Position numbers and translations under genes: made by a program. The notes below the pieces were generated by a model. That model was not told the DNA's origin and made no database searches. It was given only the letters and a program-made list of their open reading frames with translations. Shown here in pieces: positions 28,615-37,458 of a stretch of DNA of 64,000 nt. Each line of letters opens with the position of its first letter. The stretch's first letter is position 1. The stretch comes from Elusimicrobiota bacterium (GTDB lineage: Bacteria; Elusimicrobiota; Elusimicrobia; Elusimicrobiales; UBA9959), in NCBI GenBank assembly GCA_036574205.1, contig JAINCQ010000018.1, positions 102,710-166,709 on the forward strand, given 5' to 3'.

Positions 28615-29952
28615 TTACAAGATAAATTTTTCAAACTCCATAGATCTTGAAGCTTTTATAAGAAAATTCAAATTAGAGTTCTTTTTTATTGCAATTCTTA
28701 CATCATTTAACGCTGAATTTGTATCATAATAATATTTTACATTTTTAATCTTCCCTTTTAAAAAATCATAACATGGCTTTATCTCAGGTCCAACTAAAAA
28801 AAGCATTTTTGGCTTTGTCTCAAGTATTTTTTTGGCAAGTTCTATGTGATATTTTTCTGAATATTTGCCAAGTTCTTTCATATCCCCCAAAATCGCTCCA
28901 AAGTCCCCTTTACTGGATATTTCGTTTAATGCAAGTTCCATTGATTGAGGATTTGCATTATAAGCATCAAGAATTATTGTAGAATTATGTCTTTTTATAA
29001 ATTGCATTCTAAGAGGAACTCCTTCAAATTTTTCAAGAGAGGATATTATGTTTCTAATTTCAACCCCCATAATTTTTCCAGCTAAAAAAGCAGCAGCAGC
29101 ATTAAGATAATTATGCCTGACATGATTTTTTAACTTTATAGAATAGTTTTTCCCATTGAAACAAAAGATAGCCTTTGTATGGTCAAATTGTATGATAAGG
29201 TCATTAGAATCGGAAAATCCAAATGAAATAACATTTTTATTTTTTTTCAATCTTTTAAGGTAATGATTGTCTCCATTAATTATTATTTTTCCATTTTTTT
29301 TGAGTTCTTCTATAACTTCAGTTTCAGTCTTAAAAATATTTCTCATCGTCTTAAAAAATTCTAAATGCTCTGGCGCTATTGTTGTTATTACTGCCAGATC
29401 TGGCTTTATTATTCTTGCAAGCCTTCTGACCTCGCCAATTGTAGAAGCCCCAATTTCAAAAACTCCAAACTTATGTTTTTTTTCTGCTTCTAAAACTGAA
29501 AGCGGAAGCCCATATTCATTATTAAAATTCCCCCGGTTATAAATTGTTGGCTTATATGTGCTTAATACTGTTCTTATCATCTCTTTGGTGGTTGTTTTAC
29601 CATTAGATCCTGTTATTGAGATATTCTTTGTGTTACATCTTTTAATATGATATGCAGCAAGTTTGTGAAGTGCAAAAAGTGTATCTTTTACTAAAATACA
29701 AAAATCCAGTTTTTTAATGTTATCGCTGGTGATTTTTCTGGATGTTATTATTCCTGAAGATCCTTTTTCAATTGCTTCTTCTACAAAATCATTTCCATCA
29801 AATCTTTTGCCTTTAAGTGCCCAGAAAATATCACCTTTTTTAATATTCCTTGAATCTGTATAAAAAGATGATATTATTTTATCTTTTTTAAGCCATAAAA
29901 TTTTTCCATTTATTACCTTTGCAATTTCAGATACTTTCATTTGAAGGTTCAT
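28615..29952 (-). CDS. murF: UDP-MurNAc-tripeptide--D-Ala-D-Ala ligase
   Basis: TGSNGKTTTKE, NFNNEYGLP, DAYNANP.SM, GDMKELG, KASR. Confidence 0.96.
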   Translation of the reverse strand: MNLQMKVSEIAKVINGKILWLKKDKIISSFYTDSRNIKKGDIFWALKGKRFDGNDFVEEAIEKGSSGIITSRKITSDNIKKLDFCILVKDTLFALHKLAAYHIKRCNTKNISITGSNGKTTTKEMIRTVLSTYKPTIYNRGNFNNEYGLPLSVLEAEKKHKFGVFEIGASTIGEVRRLARIIKPDLAVITTIAPEHLEFFKTMRNIFKTETEVIEELKKNGKIIINGDNHYLKRLKKNKNVISFGFSDSNDLIIQFDHTKAIFCFNGKNYSIKLKNHVRHNYLNAAAAFLAGKIMGVEIRNIISSLEKFEGVPLRMQFIKRHNSTIILDAYNANPQSMELALNEISSKGDFGAILGDMKELGKYSEKYHIELAKKILETKPKMLFLVGPEIKPCYDFLKGKIKNVKYYYDTNSALNDVRIAIKKNSNLNFLIKASRSMEFEKFIL

Positions 29953-31423
29953 ATGCGTTTTCCTTTTTTAGAATTTCTATAGTAGTTTCCCTATCGCTGA
30001 AATATTTTCTCTCATTTCCTATTATCTGATAATTTTCATGTCCTTTCCCTGCAATGAGTATTATATCCCCTTCTTTAGCTTGCCTTATTGCAGATTCAAT
30101 AGCTTGTTTTCTATCAACTATTTTAACATAGTTATTTTTACCAGCCTCAATGGCTCCTTTTTCTATCTCGTTAATTATTTTTAGTGGATCCTCGGTTCTT
30201 GGATTGTCGCTTGTTATATAGACCATATCGCTTAACTGACAGGCAACTTTACCCATTGGAGCTCTTTTAGTAGGATCTCTATCTCCACCACAACCAAAAA
30301 CTGTAAGTATTTTGCGGTGAGGTAGTAAATTTAATGTTTCAAGCACCTGTCTTAATGACTCCTCAGTATGGGCATAATCAATGTATATATAAAATCCCTT
30401 CTTTGAAACTATTTTTTCAAGCCTTCCGCTTATATTATCTACCTTTTTCACTACTTTTGCAATTTCTGAAATATCAAAACCAATACTTTTTGCAGAGGCT
30501 ATTGCGGCAAGAAAATTATAAACATTATGAAGACCTATAAGTTTTGTCTCAAAGTTATATCTTTTCCCCTGTTCTATGACAGTAAAAATGGTTTTATCAG
30601 GTTTTAATTCTATATCTTTTGCTATAATTTGGGAGTTATTTTTTATTGAGTATGTTATAACATTTATATCTTTGTTAAGAAATGGAATAATTTTTTGTGA
30701 AAATGGATCATCAAGGTTTAATATAGCAACCTTATCTTTTTTAGGAGAAAGATTTAATATTTCAAATAGCTTTAACTTTGCATTGGAGTATTCTTTTAAA
30801 GTTTTATGAAAATCTAAATGGTCGCTTTGTAGATTTGTAAAAATAGCCATATCAAACTCTATATCATCAACTTTTTTAAGAACCAATGAATGAGAAGAAA
30901 CCTCCATAACAACGCTATCCCCACCATCTGATAAAATCTCATTTAAAATATAATTAAGGTGATGAGCAAATGGAGTGGTATTTTTAGCTTCTGATATAAT
31001 TCTTTTGTGCGTTCTGTAATTTATCGTTCCTATAACACCGGTTTTTCTACCAAGTTCATTTAAAATTTTTTCAATCAAAAAAGTAGTAGTTGTTTTACCT
31101 TTGGTTCCGGTTATTCCTATTGTATAAAGTCTTGATGAGGGATTTTTGTAAAAATTTTTAGATACAACTGATAAGGTTTTCATTATATCCTTTGAAACTG
31201 AGATTATGGGGCTTTCATAATCTATTTTTTCATCAGCAATTATAAAACTTGCTCCTTTTTCAATTGCCTGCTCTATATACTTTTTCCCGTCATCTTTTTC
31301 TCCTTTAAACGCAAAAAAAATAAAGTTTTTTTTAACTTCCCTTGAATCTACGGCTATTCCTTCTATTTCAATGTCATATTCAAAAGACAACTCAGTTCCT
31401 TTTAAAACTTCTTTTAGTTTCAT
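29927..31423 (-). CDS. murE: UDP-MurNAc-dipeptide--meso-DAP ligase
   Basis: TGTKGKTTT, MEVSSH, DYAHT, FGCGGDRD, DNPR (DAP-type), AGKGHE. Confidence 0.96.
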   Translation of the reverse strand: MKLKEVLKGTELSFEYDIEIEGIAVDSREVKKNFIFFAFKGEKDDGKKYIEQAIEKGASFIIADEKIDYESPIISVSKDIMKTLSVVSKNFYKNPSSRLYTIGITGTKGKTTTTFLIEKILNELGRKTGVIGTINYRTHKRIISEAKNTTPFAHHLNYILNEILSDGGDSVVMEVSSHSLVLKKVDDIEFDMAIFTNLQSDHLDFHKTLKEYSNAKLKLFEILNLSPKKDKVAILNLDDPFSQKIIPFLNKDINVITYSIKNNSQIIAKDIELKPDKTIFTVIEQGKRYNFETKLIGLHNVYNFLAAIASAKSIGFDISEIAKVVKKVDNISGRLEKIVSKKGFYIYIDYAHTEESLRQVLETLNLLPHRKILTVFGCGGDRDPTKRAPMGKVACQLSDMVYITSDNPRTEDPLKIINEIEKGAIEAGKNNYVKIVDRKQAIESAIRQAKEGDIILIAGKGHENYQIIGNERKYFSDRETTIEILKKENAYEPSNESI

Positions 31424-31429
31424 AAATCA

Positions 31430-31459
31430 AGTTTACAAGTTATCAAAATTAAAAGTCAA
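31430..31459 (-). promoter_or_regulatory. Internal dcw promoter for murE (TTGACT-N18-TAAACT)
   Basis: -10 ends 6 nt before the murE ATG; no SD. Confidence 0.55.
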
Positions 31460-31500
31460 TAGCTTGTAAGTTTCCATAAACATTATTATGACATAATTTA

Positions 31501-31552
31501 CCTTAGACTGACCGCTCCCTCAGTCAGCCAACCTCGCAGGTTGTTTAAGAGG
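31501..31552 (-). other. GC-rich multi-hairpin element just after the ftsI stop
   Basis: CAACCT-GCG-AGGTTG and CTGACTG-AGGGAG-CGGTCAG hairpins inside an imperfect outer stem. Confidence 0.45.
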
Positions 31553-31558
31553 TTTAAA

Positions 31559-33235
31559 TTAGTTTGTAATCAATATTTTCTTTTCGTCTTTTATTTTTGA
31601 GTAGTCAATCTCTCTATCTGGCTTGATGTTTTTTATGCTTATTATTCTCTTTGCCATCTCGGCAAATATTGGCGCGGCAGTCTGTCCCCCATATTTGTAT
31701 TTTTTTGAGTTGTCTACTATTACTAAAATTGTATACTCAGGGTTTGACGCAGGGAAAAATCCACAAAAAGAAGCGACATTTTCACCTTTGATGTATTTTC
31801 TGGTTTTTAAATCCAATTTATTTGCCGTCCCTGTTTTACCCGCTATAAAGTATCCCGGTATTTGCGCATTAATTCCAGTACCATTTTCAACAACATCTAC
31901 CATCATATTTGTTAGCCTCTTTGCGGTTTTGGTGGAAATAACCCTTCTTATCTCCTCTCTTTTTGCTTCAGTATTTCTATCTTCTCCAATTCTATATACC
32001 AGAAAAGGTTTAATCAAAACGCCATTATTTGCTATTGCTGTGTAGGCGGAAATAAGTTGAAGTGGTGTGACTGCTATACCATATCCATAACTTGTGGTTA
32101 TTAAATCTATTTCACGATAGTCTTTAAAATTTTTCAAAATCCCTTTTGATTCCCCCAAAAAATCGGTATATTTTGAATCAAATCCAAATTTTTTTATATA
32201 AGGGTAAAGTTTTTCTATTCCTATTTTTAGTCCGATTTTTCCAAATCCTATATTTGAAGAATGGGCAAATGCTTCTTTTAGAGTTACAATTTTAAGGGGT
32301 TCGTGATCAGTAATTGTATGTTTTGAGTTGGGTTTCCATACGCCATTTTCACAATCTATCAAATCTTTTTCATTTAAAAGATTTTCTTCAAAAGCTGCTG
32401 AAAGAATTATAGTTTTAAAAGTAGAACCGGGTTCATAAGTATATTCAATAGCCTTAAAGTTTATATAATTTTGAGGATGTGATGCTATGGCTGTAATAAA
32501 CCCATTTTTAACATTCTGGACTATAATTATAATATTTTCTGTTAAGAATTCTTTACTGAAATTTGAGATTATTTCCTCAGCTATACTTTGTATTTCCTCC
32601 TCTATGGTTAAATATATATCAACTGGCTCTTTATCTGATATCCTGTTTGTTACCTCTATAATATTTCCTTTCAGATCTTTTATAATTTCTGTTTTTATCA
32701 CATTTCCTTTGAGAAACTTATCATATTTAAGCTCTATCTGGGTTAATCCCTCATTTTCATTAGCCAGACCTATCAGTTCTCTTGCTGTTTCAGATGGGTA
32801 GATCCTTGATTGGTGTGGTTCAAGAACAATTCCTTTAATATTTAAATTTATAATTTTGTCATAAACATCCTTTTCAATCCCTTTTTTAATTTTTATATAG
32901 TTTTTACCTTTTGATATCTTCTTTTTTAGATCTGTAATTTTCATATCAAGAGTTTGTGATAGATCCATTAAAGTTTGTTGGTTAAAATCAAATTCTTTTT
33001 TCATTAATACTACGTCCCATTTTACTATTGATGAGGCAAGGATATTACCATTAAGATCCCGGATGTTTCCACGTGGCATTACTTCCGTTTTTTTTCTTTT
33101 GTATTCTTTTTTTGCGTAATTTATAAAAAATGAATGGTTTATTATTTGTAAATAAAAAAGCCTTGATATTATCAAAAAAGCAGTAAAGAGTATAATAATT
33201 TTAATAAATAAAAATCTTTTAGTAAAAAGATTCAT
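31559..33235 (-). CDS. ftsI: Class B penicillin-binding protein FtsI
   Basis: PRGNI.D.NG, EPGSTFK (SxxK), SSN, KTGTA; dcw position. Confidence 0.93.
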   Translation of the reverse strand: MNLFTKRFLFIKIIILFTAFLIISRLFYLQIINHSFFINYAKKEYKRKKTEVMPRGNIRDLNGNILASSIVKWDVVLMKKEFDFNQQTLMDLSQTLDMKITDLKKKISKGKNYIKIKKGIEKDVYDKIINLNIKGIVLEPHQSRIYPSETARELIGLANENEGLTQIELKYDKFLKGNVIKTEIIKDLKGNIIEVTNRISDKEPVDIYLTIEEEIQSIAEEIISNFSKEFLTENIIIIVQNVKNGFITAIASHPQNYINFKAIEYTYEPGSTFKTIILSAAFEENLLNEKDLIDCENGVWKPNSKHTITDHEPLKIVTLKEAFAHSSNIGFGKIGLKIGIEKLYPYIKKFGFDSKYTDFLGESKGILKNFKDYREIDLITTSYGYGIAVTPLQLISAYTAIANNGVLIKPFLVYRIGEDRNTEAKREEIRRVISTKTAKRLTNMMVDVVENGTGINAQIPGYFIAGKTGTANKLDLKTRKYIKGENVASFCGFFPASNPEYTILVIVDNSKKYKYGGQTAAPIFAEMAKRIISIKNIKPDREIDYSKIKDEKKILITN

Positions 33236-33561
33236 CCATTTTTAAGCAGTTTATTTAACTTGCTTGCTAATATGCCTGTTGCGCTTTCGTTTGTTTTCCT
33301 TTTTTCTTCTTCAATTATTATTATTGTATATGGTTGAGGCGTGGAAAGTCCTATTGTTTGAGCTGATTTTTGAATCTTTGCCAGGGTGGAGGTGGAATAA
33401 TAATTTTTTTCAAGGTATTGATTCTCAGTCCTTATTTTTTTTATTTCATTTTCCAGTTTATTTATACGGTATCTTAATTTTAGATTGTGAGAACTTATTA
33501 TTATAGGAATAAGGAATATCCATACACATAGAAATATGAGTTTTCTGTTCAAAATTTTCAT
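33232..33561 (-). CDS. ftsL: Cell division protein FtsL-like
   Basis: Single TM plus coiled coil, directly upstream of ftsI. Confidence 0.7.
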   Translation of the reverse strand: MKILNRKLIFLCVWIFLIPIIISSHNLKLRYRINKLENEIKKIRTENQYLEKNYYSTSTLAKIQKSAQTIGLSTPQPYTIIIIEEEKRKTNESATGILASKLNKLLKNG

Positions 33562-33570
33562 GGTGTTCTC

Positions 33571-33711
33571 CTATAGCGAGAATGTTTCTATCTTGGTGAA
33601 GTTATTCCTGTCCCATACATAAAAAACCTTTGTCGGAGTTATACTATTTTTGAATCTTGCAAGTTTTTTCGTATTTCTTATAAGTTTTGTTATTAACTTA
33701 TTTTTTTTCAT
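33571..33711 (-). CDS. Unannotated 46-aa basic protein MKKNKLITKLIRNTKKLARFKNSITPTKVFYVWDRNNFTKIETFSL
   Basis: GGAGGGG SD; ATGA overlap with the rsmH stop; TAG overlaps the ftsL SD; fills the gap exactly. Confidence 0.7.
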   Translation of the reverse strand: MKKNKLITKLIRNTKKLARFKNSITPTKVFYVWDRNNFTKIETFSL

Positions 33712-34619
33712 AACCCCTCCTTCTGTATTACTCTTAATTTTGCGCTTCTTGCTCTTGGATTTTGAGTTATTTCTTCAGCCGATGGCGTTATTGGTTTTTT
33801 GTTGATAAGCTTCCATCCACCCATTTTTGCCATAAATTTGAATGTTTCTTTCACTATTCTGTCTTCAAGTGAATGGAATGTTATTACTGCTATTCTTCCG
33901 CCCGGCGCAAGAACATTTATGGCTTTTTGAAGAACTTTTGTTAGATTATCAAATTCGTAATTTACCGCAACCCTGAGAGCAAGAAAAGTTTTGGTTGCTG
34001 GATGCGAAGCTCTTTTATTCTGTGTTTTAAGAGGTATAACCCTGGATATTAATCCCGCAAGCTCAGTCGTTGTTTTGATTTCCCCTTTCTCCCTCTCTTC
34101 AACTATTGCAGCTGTTATTTTGTGAGAAAATCTTTCTCCGCATATTCTTATAAGATGTTCTATTTGTTCATATGGCCATGTGTTTATTATGGCATAAGCT
34201 GTAAGGGGATTTGCAGGGTTTATTCTCATATCCAGAGGCCCTTCTTTTTTTAAGCTGAACCCTCTTGATGCTTTATCAAAATGCAAAGAAGAAACTCCTA
34301 AATCAAGCAGAAGTCCGGATATGGCGGTTATTCCAAGTTTTTTCAATATTTCGTCAAGGTTGGCAAAATTTCCACCTACCAATTTTATCTGATTTGTATA
34401 TTCATTTAGGTTCTTTGAGGCTATATTTAACATCTCAGGATCCCAGTCTATCCCTATTATTTTTGCGCTTCTATCAAGTGATTCAAGCAATTTTTTGGAA
34501 TGCCCCCCCATTCCTATGGTTGCATCAACATATATTCCACCTTTGTCGGTGATTAAAAGATTACAAACTTCGTTGGATAAAACTGCTTTATGCGCGTATT
34601 TTTCTTCCATAACAATCAT
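33708..34619 (-). CDS. rsmH: 16S rRNA m4C1402 methyltransferase
   Basis: DATIGMGGHS, DLGVSS, GPLDMR, ITFHSLEDR, NPRARSAKLR. Confidence 0.97.
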   Translation of the reverse strand: MIVMEEKYAHKAVLSNEVCNLLITDKGGIYVDATIGMGGHSKKLLESLDRSAKIIGIDWDPEMLNIASKNLNEYTNQIKLVGGNFANLDEILKKLGITAISGLLLDLGVSSLHFDKASRGFSLKKEGPLDMRINPANPLTAYAIINTWPYEQIEHLIRICGERFSHKITAAIVEEREKGEIKTTTELAGLISRVIPLKTQNKRASHPATKTFLALRVAVNYEFDNLTKVLQKAINVLAPGGRIAVITFHSLEDRIVKETFKFMAKMGGWKLINKKPITPSAEEITQNPRARSAKLRVIQKEGL

Positions 34620-34625
34620 GTCGCT

Positions 34626-35075
34626 TTATATGTCTAATATTTTTGAAAATTTTTTCAAAGACGAGTTTATTCTAAAATTTGTATATTTCTTCCAGCTTTC
34701 CTTTGCCCATATTTCTATTTTATTGCCCACTCCAATAATAACAACATCTTTTTTGATGCCGGCATATTTTTTGTGATTTGCCGATATCAGTATCCTTCCC
34801 TGTTCATCAACAAAAGCTTGAGATGCATTGGAAAAGAAAAATCTTTTAAATGCCCTTTCCTCTTCCCTATTGTCAGCTCTAAAAACCTCCATATTGTTTT
34901 TTATTAACTCATCCCATACAGAAGGCAGAAATGCATATAAACATCTATCAAGTCCTATGGTAATCATAAAAAAATTGGAACTTTCATTTTTTAACTCTTC
35001 CCTGAATTTAGAAGGAATAAAAACTCTATTCTTTGGGTCTATTACGAAGTTATATTCACCATAGAATGTTTTCAC
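34626..35075 (-). CDS. mraZ: Transcriptional regulator MraZ
   Basis: D.KNRV.IP..FR and DEQGRILI repeats, EIW. Confidence 0.95.
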   Translation of the reverse strand: MKTFYGEYNFVIDPKNRVFIPSKFREELKNESSNFFMITIGLDRCLYAFLPSVWDELIKNNMEVFRADNREEERAFKRFFFSNASQAFVDEQGRILISANHKKYAGIKKDVVIIGVGNKIEIWAKESWKKYTNFRINSSLKKFSKILDI

Positions 35076-35130
35076 TTTTAACCTCTTTTAAACATATTTA
35101 AACACTTTTCACCACTTTAAACCACTAAAA
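35071..35130 (-). promoter_or_regulatory. MraZ-binding-type array, six 10-bp units
   Basis: AGTGGTTTAA/AGTGGTGAAA/AGTGTTTAAA/TATGTTTAAA/AGAGGTTAAA/AGTG(start) on the minus strand. Confidence 0.75.
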
Positions 35131-35134
35131 AGAT

Positions 35135-35163
35135 AGTATAGATGAATTTTTTTGATTTGTCAA
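35135..35163 (-). promoter_or_regulatory. dcw promoter TTGACA-N17-TATACT
   Basis: Near-consensus hexamers directly upstream of the MraZ boxes. Confidence 0.75.
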
Positions 35164-35217
35164 GGTCTGAGTTTGATTTGCATCAAAAAATTAAGAATGT
35201 GTTTTTAAAATTCCTAT

Positions 35218-36324
35218 TCAATCTATTTTTTCAAAAAGACTTCCGTGTTTTATTTGATATTGCCATACGCTTTCTAAAGCTCTGAGACTGGTGTATGGTT
35301 TACCATAGGAGTTGAAAAGCGCTTTTGAAACACTATCTCCTTCTTTGATTCTTTTGCAGAATTGATAAAAACTATCTCCTTGCTGTATTTTAAGCAAAAG
35401 ATAAACAAGAGAATAACTCTGCGCATACCATAGTTTTACGCTTTTATCACTTGCATCCTCAAGAGTTTTTATCATAATTAAATCAGCAAGCTTATATGCA
35501 TTGCCATCCTTAAGTAAAGTTATATTTTCTTTAAGCCAGTTTGGATAGTAGTTTCCTCTTTGAACCTGTATATATACTGCCATGCCTTCGCTAAGCCATA
35601 AAGGACTTTTGTCATATCCCCCAAAAAAACTATCAAAATAAATATGAGTAAGCTCATGAGCTAAAATTCCAAACCATTCTCCGCTTTTATATAGATATAT
35701 TTTTTTTTCTCTCAAATTTGCTGCCCCTCCAGACCATGGTGGTCTTTGTGAAAGCTCCTGGTATTTCTGAGAGGTTTTTGCAAGGTATATATGAACTTTT
35801 TCATCCCTTGTCCAGGGAGAAAAGGCTATAAGATCAAGCATTATTTCGCCATGAAGTTTTTCTATTTCTGTTTCAATTTCTCCCGCGTCAATACCTGTTT
35901 CAACATAAAGATGAAAATGCCTTGTTTCCACATATTTGAAACCGTCTGGAACTGTTATTCGAGGTTTTTTCTCTTTTGCAGCTTCCACTATATCGTTTCC
36001 GCTTTTCTCATATTTATAATGTTCTTCAGGAATAGCTATATCTTTTATCTCCTCGGTTTTTGCTATCATTATCCTATCTTCTTTTTCTTCAAGGTTTTTT
36101 GAAATAGCAGGTGATGTAGTTATAGAAATTATTGGAGAGGCTTGGTAGTAATCATTTTTTTTTTGTATTTTTATTGGCTCATAAGTCTTTCTTTTGGTGT
36201 TAAGTATTATCTTATTTTTATTAGATTCTTTTATATCTTCTGATATGTATTGATAGAGATATATTCCCCATATAAAAACTACCAAAAACCAGAAGATAAC
36301 CCTTAGTCGATATATTATATCCAT
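35218..36324 (-). CDS. Membrane-anchored peptidase MA-like (gluzincin) protein
   Basis: N-terminal TM; LAHELTH (HExxH) followed by PLWLSEGMA; YAQS. Confidence 0.8.
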   Translation of the reverse strand: MDIIYRLRVIFWFLVVFIWGIYLYQYISEDIKESNKNKIILNTKRKTYEPIKIQKKNDYYQASPIISITTSPAISKNLEEKEDRIMIAKTEEIKDIAIPEEHYKYEKSGNDIVEAAKEKKPRITVPDGFKYVETRHFHLYVETGIDAGEIETEIEKLHGEIMLDLIAFSPWTRDEKVHIYLAKTSQKYQELSQRPPWSGGAANLREKKIYLYKSGEWFGILAHELTHIYFDSFFGGYDKSPLWLSEGMAVYIQVQRGNYYPNWLKENITLLKDGNAYKLADLIMIKTLEDASDKSVKLWYAQSYSLVYLLLKIQQGDSFYQFCKRIKEGDSVSKALFNSYGKPYTSLRALESVWQYQIKHGSLFEKID

Positions 36325-36330
36325 AAAAAA

Positions 36331-36840
36331 TTATCTTATGTTACTCCTCATTTTAACAATAGTTTCAGACATGTTGTTTATAAAAACAGACAGAACTATT
36401 ATAAAAAGGCCATTAGATAGCGCCATTGTCCAGGTAGGAGTGGATATTTCAAGTTCAAGTAAATAGGCTCTTAACCAATAAACAAAAAACATGGAAGCTG
36501 TTGAAATCAATGCTATTAAAATAGTTTGTTTGCGATTTAAGAAAGTAGCTGCAAAGGCAGACGGCATAGTAAATAATAGCCAGCTTGGGGACCAGTAAGC
36601 TGTTATAAAATAAAAGACAATTGCCGTGGTTATTATGTTAAACATAACAAGAGAGAGTCTTATTATATTGGGCTTTTTGAATTGGTATATGTTTTTAAAA
36701 AAATAATAGTTTATAAGGAACTGTAGGATAAGTATTATAAGACTTGATATAGTATCAGATTTTTCAGGAGAAGAAAATATAACTGCAAAAAGAACTATAA
36801 TTATTCCAAAAGGTGTGAATGTATAGTTAAAAAAATGCAT
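36331..36840 (-). CDS. Hypothetical membrane protein
   Basis: 5-6 hydrophobic segments; AGGAGG SD. Confidence 0.7.
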   Translation of the reverse strand: MHFFNYTFTPFGIIIVLFAVIFSSPEKSDTISSLIILILQFLINYYFFKNIYQFKKPNIIRLSLVMFNIITTAIVFYFITAYWSPSWLLFTMPSAFAATFLNRKQTILIALISTASMFFVYWLRAYLLELEISTPTWTMALSNGLFIIVLSVFINNMSETIVKMRSNIR

Positions 36841-36849
36841 CTTCCCTCC

Positions 36850-37458
36850 TTATTCCTTTAAGAAAGCAGATATGCATCTTTGCCTTTCATCTCCTAAATT
36901 ATAATTATATATAAAATAAGGATTATTATTTATTTTTTTTGCCATTTCAGGGCTAAGCCATGAGATAAAAATCCCATGTGGATTTAGAAGTGGCATTGCG
37001 ATTTTGTATAAAAATTCAAGTTTTCCCGCTGCCCTTTGTGTTATTATGTCATATCTTTGTTTCTCATTGCCTGTTATTTCCTTATTTACGATCTGAATGT
37101 TTTCAAGTTTGAGAAACTGCTTTATCCATATTAGAAACTTTGATTTTTTTTCTTTTTTTTCAGCAAGGGTTATTGAAATTTCAGGATATATTATAGAAAG
37201 ACAAACTCCGGGAAAACCTCCGCCGCTTCCGATATCAAGTAAGGTTTTATCTGTTGGTTTAATTAATCCAGTCCTTAAAATCATAATTGAGTCGACTATA
37301 TGTCTTGAAATTATTTTTTGCTCGTCATTTTTTGATATCAGGTTTATAATTTTATTTTTGTTTAAAACCTCCAATGCAAATAATGAAAGTTTCTTTATCC
37401 CATCTTCAGAAATCTCTATTGAAAAAGATTTAATCAACGATTTTATTTTTTCTTCCAT
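36850..37458 (-). CDS. rsmG: 16S rRNA m7G527 methyltransferase
   Basis: NLIS, RHIVDS, DIGSGGGFPG, QRA; follows mnmG. Confidence 0.93.
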   Translation of the reverse strand: MEEKIKSLIKSFSIEISEDGIKKLSLFALEVLNKNKIINLISKNDEQKIISRHIVDSIMILRTGLIKPTDKTLLDIGSGGGFPGVCLSIIYPEISITLAEKKEKKSKFLIWIKQFLKLENIQIVNKEITGNEKQRYDIITQRAAGKLEFLYKIAMPLLNPHGIFISWLSPEMAKKINNNPYFIYNYNLGDERQRCISAFLKE

